From an uncultured Erysipelotrichaceae bacterium (GTDB lineage: Bacteria; Bacillota_I; Bacilli_A; Erysipelotrichales; Erysipelotrichaceae): a stretch of 64,000 bases of DNA. The notes beneath the pieces were generated by a model. The model had not been told where the DNA came from and searched no databases. It saw only the letters and a list, made by a program, of their open reading frames with translations. A program made the translations under genes and the position numbers. Position 1 is the stretch's first letter. Each line of letters opens with the position of its first letter. The DNA is taken from positions 73,494 through 137,493 of the forward strand of contig CANDJN010000001.1 in assembly GCA_947385085.1 (NCBI GenBank), in the 5' to 3' direction. This document shows, one piece after another, positions 50,675 to 61,846 of the stretch.

Positions 50675-51229
50675 TCAGGAATGCCGCTTTTGAAAAAAAA
50701 GCTTGCCCTCCCAGTACAGGGTATTCCACATGCGAAAATATTCTTTGATGTATTCTTGCCATGAATCGCGCTTTGCCTGTCCCATCATGGAATGGCCAAA
50801 AAACTTGCGGGCAAAAAAGTAGGCGCGGCGGCGATGGGAACTACCGGTGATGACAAGCAGATTGAGATCGCCGAATTGTTCTTTGGTGTAAAGAAAATTT
50901 TGATAAGTATTACGGGCTTTGGTTTCCAGCAGGATTGGAACGATCACGCCCTTTTTTTGTAACGCGGCTTTCATCACTTCTGCTTCTACATCCGCGTTTT
51001 TAACCGCAGCGCCAGAAATAATAATGAAGGAAATGGAATGCCTGTTTAAATGCGTTATTGCGGCTGCCAGCCGTTTGTTTTGGGCAGGGGATAAAGTACC
51101 ATCGTCCTTGGTAGGACAGCCCAGAATCAACATGGCATCAAAATGATTTTTGAGTTTCGGTAAAGAACCTTTACGAAAGATTAAGAACGGAAAGAACAGG
51201 ATTAACAAAATGAACAGTATCACTGTCAT
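50675..51229 (-). CDS. YdcF/SanA/ElyC (DUF218) family protein
   Basis: N-terminal TM plus DUF218 pattern (ILGCPTKDDG...IISGAAV). Confidence 0.65.
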   Translation of the reverse strand: MTVILFILLILFFPFLIFRKGSLPKLKNHFDAMLILGCPTKDDGTLSPAQNKRLAAAITHLNRHSISFIIISGAAVKNADVEAEVMKAALQKKGVIVPILLETKARNTYQNFLYTKEQFGDLNLLVITGSSHRRRAYFFARKFFGHSMMGQAKRDSWQEYIKEYFRMWNTLYWEGKLFFQKRHS

Positions 51230-52335
51230 ATCTCTTGTACCGGAGGTAATAGCTCTTGTGCTACCGCTTCTTTCTGATGATGTGGCCAGCCATAGATCCG
51301 CGCACTTTTTAATATGATTTCCTGTTCGTATAAGGGCAGCTGACGAAAACGTACCGCAATGGTGACATCACTTTTTTGACGCAATGCTTTTAAATAAGTC
51401 CGTCCTGTTTTATTAAATCCTAAAATGCGAATGTGTTGTAGAGGGGGAAGGTTATTCATCTGTTGTTTGGTGGTATGATGCAACAAATGGACTAGGGTTC
51501 GGCGAATGCGTGAAGTGCTGTAGCGTTTTGATGTCGCAGACGATAAGAAAGCTTCTAGTGTATCACATGCTACTGCCTGTGTTATCAATAACTGTTCAAT
51601 ACCTTCATCCATCATAAATAAAGAACGCAAATAGGTAGGGGATAGGGTGAGCAGCAGCATTCGTAAATAAGGGTAATAATCGTCGAGTACATGCAGCTGG
51701 TGAGAAGAAAAAGACATGGGAGTAAAAAAGGAAATATCCTCACCGGCCAATATTGCTTTACGCAATGCGCTCGCAGACGCAAATGGTTGGTTCAGCGAGG
51801 TATCATGGTATAAATTCGTTCGCTTGATACAATGAGCACGTATCGGATAAGACTTTAATACGCGTAGATAGTTCCATCCTAAAATATCATTAGCTGCCAA
51901 TTTGCCATCGACTGCTTCATGTGCCTGTGCGCTGGAGCAGCCGTGTTTCATCCAGTCACGATAATCCACGGTTGCTCGTTGTGCTAAGCTGTTGAGCATC
52001 GCAAGATCATTGCTTTCACTACCGAAGACTATATCCTCCACCTGTGCCAAGGCAAGAGATTGGACACTGCCTTGAGCAAACTGCTCCACACTTTGTGTCG
52101 CATAGGAAAATGGCAATTCCATCACGATATCAACACCATGCGCCAATGCTGTTTTACAGCGGCAAAGCTTATCCATAATCGCGGGTTCTCCCCGTTGGAC
52201 AAAATTGCCGCTCATCACCGCAATCAGCACATCACAGCCAGTGATGGATCTGGTTTTTTTAATATGATAAATATGCCCGTTGTGAAACGGATTGTATTCG
52301 CAAATAATGCCAGCAGCTTTCATAGTTACTCCCAT
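51226..52335 (-). CDS. tmcAL: tRNA(Met) cytidine acetate ligase TmcAL (YlbM nucleotidyltransferase family)
   Basis: N-terminal IICEYNPFHNGHIYHI HxGH-type nucleotidyltransferase motif typical of YlbM/TmcAL. Confidence 0.75.
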   Translation of the reverse strand: MGVTMKAAGIICEYNPFHNGHIYHIKKTRSITGCDVLIAVMSGNFVQRGEPAIMDKLCRCKTALAHGVDIVMELPFSYATQSVEQFAQGSVQSLALAQVEDIVFGSESNDLAMLNSLAQRATVDYRDWMKHGCSSAQAHEAVDGKLAANDILGWNYLRVLKSYPIRAHCIKRTNLYHDTSLNQPFASASALRKAILAGEDISFFTPMSFSSHQLHVLDDYYPYLRMLLLTLSPTYLRSLFMMDEGIEQLLITQAVACDTLEAFLSSATSKRYSTSRIRRTLVHLLHHTTKQQMNNLPPLQHIRILGFNKTGRTYLKALRQKSDVTIAVRFRQLPLYEQEIILKSARIYGWPHHQKEAVAQELLPPVQEI

Positions 52336-52447
52336 CTTTTATCACTCCCTAAAATATACCATAAATTCATGCTTTTCACCATGAAAAGTGTTGAGAATCA
52401 TATCAGATTATTGTATCATTTTAACATAAAGAGAGAGGATGGGCTTA

Positions 52448-53392
52448 ATGAAAGAAGAACAATTTTCCTTCCATAGTTTTCAAGACGGTTTAGAAATATG
52501 GGGAACATTGATTGTACCGGAAAAAGCCGTTGGTATCATTCAGATCGTGCATGGTATGAGTGAGCATCGCCGTCGTTATATGCCGTTTATGCGCTATCTG
52601 GCGAAGCATGGATGGATCTGTGTCATCCACGATCATCGAGGTCATGGTGAAAGTATAAAGTGCGATGAGGACCTTGGCTATTTTAATGATATTAGTGGAA
52701 CGTATTTGATGGAAGACACCCATCAGTTAACCTATTTAATCAAAAAGCGTTATCCGAATCTGCCATATGTATTATTTGGGCATTCCATGGGTTCACTTGT
52801 GGTTCGCTCCTATGTAAAGAAATATGATTATGAATTAAGCGCGCTTGTGGTATGCGGTTCGCCCAGCAAGAATGCGATGTTGCCGTTGGCTCGATTACTT
52901 GTCTATTTTATTGCCCGTATAAAAGGCGATCATTATCGCAGTTCATGGCTACAACACCTTGTGTTTGGCTCTTATGCCAAACGCTTTCCTAATGAAACCA
53001 GTGAAAATTGCTGGATTTGCCGCGATCAAAAAGTCGTAGCTGAATACGATAACGATCCCAAATGCGGCTTTATCTTCACCACCAACGGCTTTCGCTCTGT
53101 GTGGAATTTGATGCGCAATGTTTATGATCGAGACGATTGGACAATGTTGAATCCTGATCTGCCGATATTGTTTATTGCCGGCACAGCTGATCCGTGTATC
53201 AGAGATCAGCGTAAATTTGCACAGGCGGTGGAATTTATGAAGAAAATTGGTTATCACAAGACAACCTGTAAAACCTATTGGGAATTGCGTCATGAGATTT
53301 TGAACGAACAAGAGCAGCATCAGGTCTATGAGGATGTGATATCATTCATGAAAGAGAATGCTTTGAGAGATAAGCAAGAGAAGACATCATAA
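52448..53392 (+). CDS. Alpha/beta hydrolase (lysophospholipase / monoacylglycerol lipase-like)
   Basis: GHSMGS nucleophile elbow; HG oxyanion region. Confidence 0.8.
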   Translation: MKEEQFSFHSFQDGLEIWGTLIVPEKAVGIIQIVHGMSEHRRRYMPFMRYLAKHGWICVIHDHRGHGESIKCDEDLGYFNDISGTYLMEDTHQLTYLIKKRYPNLPYVLFGHSMGSLVVRSYVKKYDYELSALVVCGSPSKNAMLPLARLLVYFIARIKGDHYRSSWLQHLVFGSYAKRFPNETSENCWICRDQKVVAEYDNDPKCGFIFTTNGFRSVWNLMRNVYDRDDWTMLNPDLPILFIAGTADPCIRDQRKFAQAVEFMKKIGYHKTTCKTYWELRHEILNEQEQHQVYEDVISFMKENALRDKQEKTS

Positions 53393-53583
53393 TTATTGAT
53401 ACTTATAAAGTGCTTTCAGACATCATGAAATGATTGATTTTCAAAACGAAAAATAAAAAAAGTCTTTTCTTTCTCATTTATTTATGGTTTAATATTATGG
53501 TACGCATGAAAACGCCTGATTTTATTGACGTAAAATGATGAATGGCGTATAATATGTGCGTCAAAGACAACGAGGTGATTCCT

Positions 53584-54129
53584 TTGAAATGGTCCAAATT
53601 GGAACTTATGAGTGCCCCGAATCAGACATTATCGTTTTTTGATGAGATTACGTTTGATCCGTCGGCCTTTTCTAAGATGAACCAGATCAGAGGACTGAGA
53701 AATGTTACCGTAAGCGGAGAGCTTCAATATGATGAGGAAGTTGATCGCGTCTATGTACAATGTAATATTTCCGGTGTCATGATTCTTGCTTGCTCGATTA
53801 CCAATGAGGATGTGGAATATGGTTTTCAGACATCTTCTAATGAGACATTCGCATTTACCAAATGCGATGATGATGTACATGAGGCCAAGGGCGATGTCAT
53901 CGAATTATTGCCGGTGATCTTTCAGCTGATAGTCATGGAGGCTCCTTTAAAGGTTGTAAAAGAAGGAGCAAACTATCCGAAGGGGGATGGCTGGGAAGTG
54001 GTGAGTGAGGAAACATGGCAGCAAGAAAAAAGTCAGAGAATTGATCCTCGTTTGGCAAAACTAAAAGATTTCAAAGTAACAGATGATGAAGCAGGAGGTG
54101 CTAACAATGGCTGTACAACAAAGACGTAA
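53584..54129 (+). CDS. yceD: YceD (DUF177) family protein, probably TTG start
   Basis: Conserved position just upstream of rpmF; GAGGTGA RBS 5 nt before TTG; an alternative ATG at 53542 lacks an RBS. Confidence 0.65.
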   Translation: MKWSKLELMSAPNQTLSFFDEITFDPSAFSKMNQIRGLRNVTVSGELQYDEEVDRVYVQCNISGVMILACSITNEDVEYGFQTSSNETFAFTKCDDDVHEAKGDVIELLPVIFQLIVMEAPLKVVKEGANYPKGDGWEVVSEETWQQEKSQRIDPRLAKLKDFKVTDDEAGGANNGCTTKT

Positions 54130-54280
54130 TTCAAAAACCAGAAAAGCTAAGAGAAGAACACATTATAAATTGGCTGCGCCTACTTTGGTGAAATGCCCGG
54201 CATGTGGTGAGTATAAACCAGCCCATAAGATGTGTGAATGTGGTTTTTACAATGGCAAAATGATTGTTGAAAAAGCATAA
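54107..54280 (+). CDS. rpmF: 50S ribosomal protein L32
   Basis: [17 protein letters not shown]...[17 protein letters not shown]. Confidence 0.95.
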   Translation: MAVQQRRNSKTRKAKRRTHYKLAAPTLVKCPACGEYKPAHKMCECGFYNGKMIVEKA

Positions 54281-54346
54281 AAGGGGCAGTATGCCTTTTT
54301 TTCTGCATAATGAACAAGTAAAGGAAGAAAAAGAAGGAGTATGACA

Positions 54347-54802
54347 ATGGAAGATAAATCAATGGGAATTCTATTTTTGGTGATTTTTGCAGCATTAGCA
54401 ATATGGTTTTTAATAGTATGGCGCAACTATCAGAAGATGAATCGTGTATTAAATCAGTCGCATAAGCTGACAGGGACGGCTGAGGGAACAGTAAAAGAAC
54501 TGGTGAGTGTTTATCGTCGTAACCGCTCTTTTCGTTGGAAGAATGAATATCCCGTGATTGCATTTATAGCGAATGGACAAGAATATGAAACGGCGATTGC
54601 TTTCGCAGAAAAACGGGCAGGAAGCTATGATATGAATGATCGTTATACCGTGTGCTATTTGCCGGAGGATCCTACTGTTTGTATCGTAGATGAATTTCGT
54701 TCCAAGATGCAGTCCAACAGCAAACAAAAGCTGATTGGTATGGTGGTATTGGCATTCTTCATGGTTAATATGCTTGTCAGTGCGATAAGCATGTTATTTT
54801 GA
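54347..54802 (+). CDS. DUF3592-like membrane protein
   Basis: N-terminal TM, beta-rich middle, C-terminal TM; RBS AAGGAG. Confidence 0.5.
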   Translation: MEDKSMGILFLVIFAALAIWFLIVWRNYQKMNRVLNQSHKLTGTAEGTVKELVSVYRRNRSFRWKNEYPVIAFIANGQEYETAIAFAEKRAGSYDMNDRYTVCYLPEDPTVCIVDEFRSKMQSNSKQKLIGMVVLAFFMVNMLVSAISMLF

Positions 54803-55018
54803 TTTTTTGTTAAAAAACTATGAAAGCAGTAAAAGAAAGTGGTTAGTGAATGATTCGCTTTCTTTTTTTAGTTGGAAATGGTATTCAAAAAATGGGGAAA
54901 CATTGCATAAAATCATCAAAAACCATTGTATTCGATGGAAAATCGTGGTATATTATTGATGTAACCTCGACAGGAGTGGGTCATGCCCACTCTATTATTA
55001 TGTTTAAAAGGAGCAATG

Positions 55019-55488
55019 TTGTGGAAAATACGGATCAAATCAAAGAAGTCATTCGCCCAATTTTAGCGACCATGCAAATACAAATGGTGGAATGCGGATG
55101 GCATCGTGAAGGATCAACATCGATCCTTCGTTTAGCTGTAATGCGTGAGGATGGCAGTATGGACATTGATACGTGCGCCGTAATCAGCGAGGCGGTATCT
55201 CTTGCCCTTGATGAAGCAGATCTTATCGCTCATGAATATTTTTTGGAAGTGTGTTCACCGGGGGCAGAACGAGAACTTTATGGTGAAGAAGATATTCTTA
55301 ACGCAGTAGGAGAATACGTGTACATCAAATTTCGTAATCCGAAAGGTGGACGTGATGAAATCTATGGAACGCTGTTACAGGTGGAAGCGGATCATCTGCA
55401 TATTGCTTACATGGATAAAGCGGTAAAAAGAGAATTGAATGTCGATCGAGACAATATCGCTCAGATTCGGTTGGCAGTAAAAATTTAA
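55019..55488 (+). CDS. rimP: Ribosome maturation factor RimP (GTG start)
   Basis: RBS AAAGGAG 7 nt before GTG; product ~156 aa matches RimP; immediately upstream of nusA. Confidence 0.8.
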
Positions 55489-55508
55489 TATGAAAGGAAA
55501 AATGAAAA

Positions 55509-57167
55509 ATGAAGTTGGATGAATTTATGGCAGCGATGCAGGCCATTGAAAGCGATCGAAAGTTATCAAAGGAAATTGTCATTGAAGCTTTGGAAGAAGC
55601 ATTATCTAAGGCATATCGCAAACATATCGAGATTCCCGATGCCTTGGTACGGGTCGATGTCAATGCCAAGGGTAGCATCAAGGTATACCAGCAGCGCAAG
55701 ATTGTGGAAACGGTAGAAGATGACGAGCTGGAAATTTCCTTGAGTGAAGCCAAAAAAATCAAACAGGAATATGAACTGGGTGATATGGTGGAACATGAGG
55801 TCAATATTGCGGAAATGGGTCGTGCTGCGGTGGTATTGGCAAAGAATGTCATGAAACAGAAAATTCGCGAAGCGGAAAAGCAAGCCGTATATGATGAATA
55901 CTGTGATAAAGTGGAAGAAATGGTCATGGGAACCATTGAGACAGTAGAGGATAAATTTGTCATTGTGAATATTGGTAAGACGATGGCACTGATGCCCAAA
56001 AACCAGCAGATTCCCAATGAGAAATATGTGGAAGGTCAGCGCATTCGCGTTGTAATCGCTGAAGTAAATAAGGATACCAAGGGGGCGCAGGTTTTGGTTT
56101 CTCGTGGATCGGCAACATTGGTAAAGCGGTTGTTTGAAAAAGAAGTACCCGAGATTTATCAGGGTGTGATCGAGATTAAGGCGATTGCCCGTGAGGCCGG
56201 AGAGCGAACCAAAATGGCTGTGTATACCAATAATGAAAATGTGGATCCGATCGGCGCCTGTATTGGACCGCGCGGACAGCGAGTTCAGGTGGTCATTGAT
56301 GAATTAAAGGGCGAAAAAATTGACATCTTTGAATGGAGTGATGATGTCAGCGAGTTGATTAAAAATGCCTTGGCACCGGCTGAGGTGCTTGCGGTCATTC
56401 CTAATGAGGAACGTAAAAACGGCTTGTTGGTTGTCGTAGCGGATCATCAATTATCGCTGGCAATCGGTAAAAAGGGGAAAAATGCCCGATTGGCAGTGAA
56501 ACTGACCGGCTCTAAAATAGACATTAAATCAGAAAGTGACATGAAGGAAAAAGGCATTGATTGGCAGACAATCGCGCTGCAGCAGCATGAGTTATTCCTA
56601 AAACAGCGTGAAGAAGCTAAAGCTAAAGCACAGGCAATGCAGTTTGAAGCTGTTGCCGCAGCCGAGGAAACGCCAGTGGAAACTCCGGAATTCGCTTATC
56701 ATGATGAGATTGAAGAAACGCATATGGATGAGATACTGCGTGAAGAAGCAACTGCTGCTGAATCAAAGGAAACAGAAGTCAAGGAGGCAAAGCCAGAAGC
56801 CGTAAAACCGGCTGCTAAGGTAACCTCTGATCTGGAAGAGGCAGCGCGCCTAGCAAAAGAGAAACAGCGTCAGGAAGGCTTAAATCTGAAAGAAAAGCAG
56901 GAATACGTATCAAAATTTGAGAAAATTCTTGATAACAAGCCAAAGGAAACGCCGATCGTTCGATCGAAGAATCGCCGTAAGGATGATGATGAGCCGAAAC
57001 GGAAGGCAACTTTTGATTTAAGCAAGAAGGATTATGAATTGAAACCAATTTATACGGAAGAAGAATTGGAAGAAATTGCTCGTCAGGAAGCAGAGGAAGA
57101 AGAAAACGATTGGATCAATGACGATGATATTGATTTTGATGAGTACGAGGAATATTACGAAGAATAA
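55509..57167 (+). CDS. nusA: Transcription termination/antitermination factor NusA with a ~180-aa acidic low-complexity C-terminal extension
   Basis: N-terminal, S1 and two KH domains (GPRGQRVQ, IGKKGKNARLA), then an E/K/D-rich tail ending DDDIDFDEYEEYYEE. Confidence 0.95.
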   Translation: MKLDEFMAAMQAIESDRKLSKEIVIEALEEALSKAYRKHIEIPDALVRVDVNAKGSIKVYQQRKIVETVEDDELEISLSEAKKIKQEYELGDMVEHEVNIAEMGRAAVVLAKNVMKQKIREAEKQAVYDEYCDKVEEMVMGTIETVEDKFVIVNIGKTMALMPKNQQIPNEKYVEGQRIRVVIAEVNKDTKGAQVLVSRGSATLVKRLFEKEVPEIYQGVIEIKAIAREAGERTKMAVYTNNENVDPIGACIGPRGQRVQVVIDELKGEKIDIFEWSDDVSELIKNALAPAEVLAVIPNEERKNGLLVVVADHQLSLAIGKKGKNARLAVKLTGSKIDIKSESDMKEKGIDWQTIALQQHELFLKQREEAKAKAQAMQFEAVAAAEETPVETPEFAYHDEIEETHMDEILREEATAAESKETEVKEAKPEAVKPAAKVTSDLEEAARLAKEKQRQEGLNLKEKQEYVSKFEKILDNKPKETPIVRSKNRRKDDDEPKRKATFDLSKKDYELKPIYTEEELEEIARQEAEEEENDWINDDDIDFDEYEEYYEE

Positions 57168-57185
57168 AGGCAGGAGGGTATCACG

Positions 57186-57449
57186 ATGAGAAAAATACCG
57201 ATGCGCCGCTGTGTTGCGACCGGTGAAAGCCTGCCCAAAAAAGAATTGCTTCGGATCGTTCGTACACCGCAAGGCGATGTCATTATTGACGAAAGCGGTC
57301 GTCAAAACGGACGGGGGGCTTATTTGAAGCGCAGTAGGGAAGCGGTAGAAATTGCAAAAAAGCGTAAAGCACTGACACGTGCTTTGGAATGTGAGATTCC
57401 CGATACGCTGTATCAGGAATTGATGGGGATGTTTGATGATGAATCGTAA
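57186..57449 (+). CDS. ylxR: YlxR (DUF448) RNA-binding protein
   Basis: MRRCVATGE...GRGAYL motif; conserved position after nusA. Confidence 0.9.
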   Translation: MRKIPMRRCVATGESLPKKELLRIVRTPQGDVIIDESGRQNGRGAYLKRSREAVEIAKKRKALTRALECEIPDTLYQELMGMFDDES

Positions 57450-57735
57450 CGCCATCGGGCTTTTGGGTCTCATACGGCGATCACGACGATTGATCAGCGG
57501 CGCAGAAATCATCAAGGGCATTCAAAAGCAACAAGTATATCTTGTGGTGATTGCGGATGAATGCGGTGAGAACATGCGCAAGAAACTGATGGATAAATGC
57601 ACATTTTATAAAGTCCCTTATGTATTTATGGATGGCAAGGTATTAAATCAGGCGATTGGAACGCAAAATTACATTGCGGTAGCGATCACAGATCAAGGCT
57701 TTGCGCAAAAGCTTCATGCTTGCTGGAAAGGCTAG
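57433..57735 (+). CDS. ylxQ: L7Ae-family ribosomal protein (YlxQ-like)
   Basis: Position between ylxR and inf[12 protein letters not shown]...VIADE. Confidence 0.8.
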   Translation: MMMNRNAIGLLGLIRRSRRLISGAEIIKGIQKQQVYLVVIADECGENMRKKLMDKCTFYKVPYVFMDGKVLNQAIGTQNYIAVAITDQGFAQKLHACWKG

Positions 57736-57743
57736 GTGATATT

Positions 57744-59585
57744 ATGGCAAGACAACCACAGCGAAGAAATAATCGGAAGAAAAACAATTCCCGCAATCGC
57801 AGCGGACAGGCAGTAACCAAGAAGCGCGAAGAAGTAAAGGAAATAACCTATAGCGGATCGATGAGTGTCGGTGAATTGGCGGAGAAATTAAATCGTAACG
57901 CCAGTGAAATTATTAAACTGTTGTTTATGATGGGAACGATGGTAACGATTAATTCCACATTAGATGAAGAAAATATTGAATTGGTATGTATGGAATTCAA
58001 TGTGGAAACTCATAAGGAAGTTATTATCGAAGAAAGTGATTTTGAAGAAATGATGGAAGTGGAGGATGAGGAAAACCTGGTGAGCCGTCCTCCGGTCATT
58101 ACCATTATGGGACATGTCGATCACGGTAAAACCACCTTGTTGGACACCATTCGTAAAACCCATGTTACAGAGGGTGAATTCGGTGGCATTACCCAGCATA
58201 TTGGTGCTTATCAAGTGCAGGTAAAGGGAAAAAAGGTAACCTTTTTGGATACCCCTGGACATGAGGCATTTACCGCAATGCGCGCCCGCGGTGCTAAGAT
58301 TACCGATATTGTCATCATTGTGGTGGCGGCGGATGATGGTGTGATGCCGCAGACCAAGGAAGCAATTGACCATGCCAAGGCAGCCGGTGTGCCAGTCATT
58401 GTAGCGGTGAATAAAATTGACAAGCAGGGTGCCAATCCGGAGCGGATTATGTCAGAAATGGCAGAGTTGGATATGATGCCGGAAGAATGGGGCGGTAATA
58501 CAATTTACTGTAACATCTCCGCAAAAACCGGTGAAGGCGTTGCCGACTTGCTGGATACGATTATGGTATTAGCTGAAGTTGAGGACTTTAAAGCGAATCC
58601 GGACAAATTAGCCGTTGGTACGGTAATTGAGGCAAAGCTGGATAAAGGTCGTGGCCCGGTCGCTACGCTGTTGATTCAAGGCGGTACACTCCATGCCGGA
58701 GACAGTCTAGTGGTAGGTACGGCGTTTGGCCGTGTACGAAAGATGGTTGATGATCTTGGCCGTGAAATGAAACAGGCCCTGCCTTCAACACCGGTGGAAA
58801 TTATCGGCTTGAGCGATGTTCCGGTTGCCGGCGATATCTTTAAAGTATTTGACAGTGAGAAAAAGGCTCGTCAAATTGCCGAAACCCGTTTACAAAAACG
58901 AATTGAACAGGAGCGCAACGCGACAAGTGCGATGTCATTGGATGATTTGGCTCGTCAGATTGAAGAAGGCGATTTACAGACGCTGAATATTATTATCAAA
59001 GCCGATGTTCAGGGTAGTGCTGAAGCCGTAAAGGCAAGTATGGAAAAAATCGATGTACAGGGTGTTAAAGTCAATGTCATTCGTTCCTCTGCTGGTGCGA
59101 TTACCGAATCAGACATTATGTTAGCCAGTGCTTCTCATGCGTTGATTTACGGCTTCAACGTTCGTCCGAATGCGACAGTGCGTAAAAAAGCGGAGGAAGA
59201 AGGAATTGAAATCCATCTGCATAACATCATCTATAAGGCATTGGAAGAAATGGAAAATGCCATGAAGGGTATGTTAGCGCCGGTATACGAGGAAGTAGTC
59301 ATCGGACAGGCAGAGGTACGTCAGCTGTTTAAAATGAGCAAGGTCGGTACGATTGCCGGCTGTATGGTGAGCGATGGCTGTATGAAACGCGATTGCAGCG
59401 TGCGTTTGATTCGTGAAGGCGTTGTTATTTACAGCGGCAAGCTTGGTTCGCTGCGCCGTTTCCAAAATGATGTCAAGGAAGTGCAAAGCGGCTTTGACTG
59501 CGGTTTAACCATTGAAAACTTCAACGATATTAAAGTGGATGATGTGATTGAGGCCTACGAGGATCAACAGGTTGATCCTCAATAA
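57744..59585 (+). CDS. infB: Translation initiation factor IF-2
   Basis: G-domain [24 protein letters not shown]. Confidence 0.97.
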   Translation: MARQPQRRNNRKKNNSRNRSGQAVTKKREEVKEITYSGSMSVGELAEKLNRNASEIIKLLFMMGTMVTINSTLDEENIELVCMEFNVETHKEVIIEESDFEEMMEVEDEENLVSRPPVITIMGHVDHGKTTLLDTIRKTHVTEGEFGGITQHIGAYQVQVKGKKVTFLDTPGHEAFTAMRARGAKITDIVIIVVAADDGVMPQTKEAIDHAKAAGVPVIVAVNKIDKQGANPERIMSEMAELDMMPEEWGGNTIYCNISAKTGEGVADLLDTIMVLAEVEDFKANPDKLAVGTVIEAKLDKGRGPVATLLIQGGTLHAGDSLVVGTAFGRVRKMVDDLGREMKQALPSTPVEIIGLSDVPVAGDIFKVFDSEKKARQIAETRLQKRIEQERNATSAMSLDDLARQIEEGDLQTLNIIIKADVQGSAEAVKASMEKIDVQGVKVNVIRSSAGAITESDIMLASASHALIYGFNVRPNATVRKKAEEEGIEIHLHNIIYKALEEMENAMKGMLAPVYEEVVIGQAEVRQLFKMSKVGTIAGCMVSDGCMKRDCSVRLIREGVVIYSGKLGSLRRFQNDVKEVQSGFDCGLTIENFNDIKVDDVIEAYEDQQVDPQ

Positions 59586-59599
59586 GTAGGTGATAAAAA

Positions 59600-59941
59600 A
59601 TGAGCATGAAAAAAGACAAGATCGCCGGTATCATTCAAAGAGAAGTATCGCAGATTATTCAATTTGAACTCAAGGATCCTAAACTCGGCTTTATTACCAT
59701 TACCGATGTAGCGGTGAGCGGCGATTGTTCACAAGCCAAAATCTATGTTTCCTTCCTCGGTCAAAACGCACGGAAAGAAGCCGGGATGAAAACGCTGGAG
59801 CGTTCTAAAGGCTTCATTCGCTCCCAATTGGCACAGCGATTAACGATCCGCAAGGTTCCGGAACTGATATTCTTGCAGGATTCCGTATTAGAGCGGGGAA
59901 ATAAAATAGAGCAGATTATTGCGGACATTCATAAACAGTAA
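59600..59941 (+). CDS. rbfA: Ribosome-binding factor A
   Basis: RbfA KH-like fold, conserved after infB. Confidence 0.9.
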   Translation: MSMKKDKIAGIIQREVSQIIQFELKDPKLGFITITDVAVSGDCSQAKIYVSFLGQNARKEAGMKTLERSKGFIRSQLAQRLTIRKVPELIFLQDSVLERGNKIEQIIADIHKQ

Positions 59942-60145
59942 AAGGACTGGCGCAATGTCATTAAGTTAAGGCGATATTGAGGGATTGATAATTAATCAGT
60001 TCCTCTCTTTTTTATACTTTTTAAATTTATAATTAAATTCACTGGATCATTTCATATCATTAGACGATTTCTAATGACATTGATAAATTATCATGTTTTT
60101 TTCATAAAGATGTTGTATAATATGATTAAGTAAGAGGGATTAATA

Positions 60146-61510
60146 ATGAGGAAAAAACAAATCATTAAAATCATTGGTATGATAGCGCTATTAATACCGC
60201 TGGTTTTGAGCGGAAATCAGTTTTTGTATGCGGAAGAATCATCGGATGATGATGTTCTGAACACTGAGGAAATAGAAAATAATGAAGAGATAAGCATACA
60301 GGAAAATGAGAGCGAAGAAGTCGCAGCGCAAGGTCTACAGACATACGAATTGAGTATACTCGAGTTTATTACGATCAATGATCTCAACGTTAAGATTGAT
60401 GGTTCTCCATATATGTATTCGCCGGATGAATTTTCATTCACTAATATATTGACATTACAATTCAATGACAGTGATCCACATGTGATAGAGCTTCATTCAG
60501 AGGATTATCAATTTACACCTTCTGTTGTTACAGTGGATCCGACGAATCCCGAAAGAGAATATTATATTAAGTCAACGAGGGTGAACGATCAGTATACTTC
60601 TGTGTATGGAAAAGACGGTACGCAAAAAGATGTCTATGACAATGATGAAACGGTAACGGTGTCTGCGGTTACCGAATATTGGAATCATTATTTGTTTTAT
60701 CGATTCGATGGCGGAGAATGGATTACGAGTAAGGCGGATGCGGGTATGTTTGAGGTTCATGCGAAATCTAAGGATGCACATGAGATATCTGTCGAATATT
60801 TTGTACGTTATATAATGATGGGTGATACCCCGACTGAAAGTGAAAAAAGAACTATGACGGTTAAATTTGCGGCGGCACAAAATGGTGAGAATTCTGAAGA
60901 ACCGGATGTTCCAGTGGATGTAACATTTACTGATGAAGAAGGTAATGAATATACAAAAGATGAGATCGAATGCAAGATTACGGAAATGAATCCTGCGGAT
61001 TATGAGAAATATCAGCGTGTCATTGTGAATTTTGATGAATATAAAGGTTTAGAGGATAATCATATTTTATATTATCAGGCAGGTTTGTTTGCGCAGGATG
61101 TTCGGGTACAGCCAAACGGAATGTATGAACTTGTCTTGCCTTATCCGCAAGGTGCGTCAATGCTGAATGATTTTGTAATCAAGCAATTTAAAGATGGAAA
61201 CACTGATCATCCGGTTACTTTACAATACACTTTGGATGAAGATGGAATCCATGTCCAAGTAGATAACGTATCTGTTTTTGTTGTTGGGTGGAATGATGCA
61301 GAGGTGCAGACTGATCCTGATGATAAAACGGAGATCGATCCAACAAATCCGACAAATCAAAGTGTAAACAAAAGTAATACAGGCACGACAGGTGGAGTAA
61401 ATACAGGTGATATTTTCGGAATTAATCTTTGGATGATATTGGCAATGGTTTCTTGTTTTTCCATTTGTGTGGTTCTTCGTAAGAAATTCCATAACTTAGA
61501 TCATTCTTAA
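60146..61510 (+). CDS. Secreted or surface protein with a signal peptide and a C-terminal TM anchor followed by a basic tail
   Basis: N-terminal signal peptide, acidic low-complexity stretch, Ig/invasin-like beta-rich body, C-terminal ...NTGDIFGINLWMILAMVSCFSICVVLRKKFHN. Confidence 0.6.
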   Translation: MRKKQIIKIIGMIALLIPLVLSGNQFLYAEESSDDDVLNTEEIENNEEISIQENESEEVAAQGLQTYELSILEFITINDLNVKIDGSPYMYSPDEFSFTNILTLQFNDSDPHVIELHSEDYQFTPSVVTVDPTNPEREYYIKSTRVNDQYTSVYGKDGTQKDVYDNDETVTVSAVTEYWNHYLFYRFDGGEWITSKADAGMFEVHAKSKDAHEISVEYFVRYIMMGDTPTESEKRTMTVKFAAAQNGENSEEPDVPVDVTFTDEEGNEYTKDEIECKITEMNPADYEKYQRVIVNFDEYKGLEDNHILYYQAGLFAQDVRVQPNGMYELVLPYPQGASMLNDFVIKQFKDGNTDHPVTLQYTLDEDGIHVQVDNVSVFVVGWNDAEVQTDPDDKTEIDPTNPTNQSVNKSNTGTTGGVNTGDIFGINLWMILAMVSCFSICVVLRKKFHNLDHS

Positions 61511-61816
61511 AACTGAAAGTATATGACAGAAAAATCGGGTTATAGATTATCTGAAAAGGATAGTCAATACCCAATGTCAATAGGTCTAGGTGATATTATT
61601 GATTTCATTTCTAATCCTAAATCTTTATTTGTTTTCAATTCTGAATCTGACTTTTATAAGAGAAAGAAAGCTTAGCTTTGAAACTGTCCTTTAAAATATT
61701 ATCTGTATGGAAACAGGTTCTTTGAATTCCAATAAATTATAGAAAAAGATATCCATTCTATCATGAATATCCTCATAAAATCCTTGTTATATTTAAAATT
61801 ATCTTAACTTAATGAC

Positions 61817-61840
61817 ATTGAGGGCTAGCGCCCTTTTTTT
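61817..61840 (+). terminator. Intrinsic terminator (GC hairpin AGGGC-TAGC-GCCCT plus T7)
   Basis: Palindrome followed by a T-run. Confidence 0.45.
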
Positions 61841-61846
61841 GTATTG

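Noticed and set aside
55325-56017. 230-aa minus-strand ORF inside rimP/nusA
   Set aside because: Antisense shadow of nusA; serine/threonine-rich nonsense composition.
57018-57521. 167-aa minus-strand ORF spanning the nusA end, ylxR and the ylxQ start
   Set aside because: Antisense to three conserved genes; no support.
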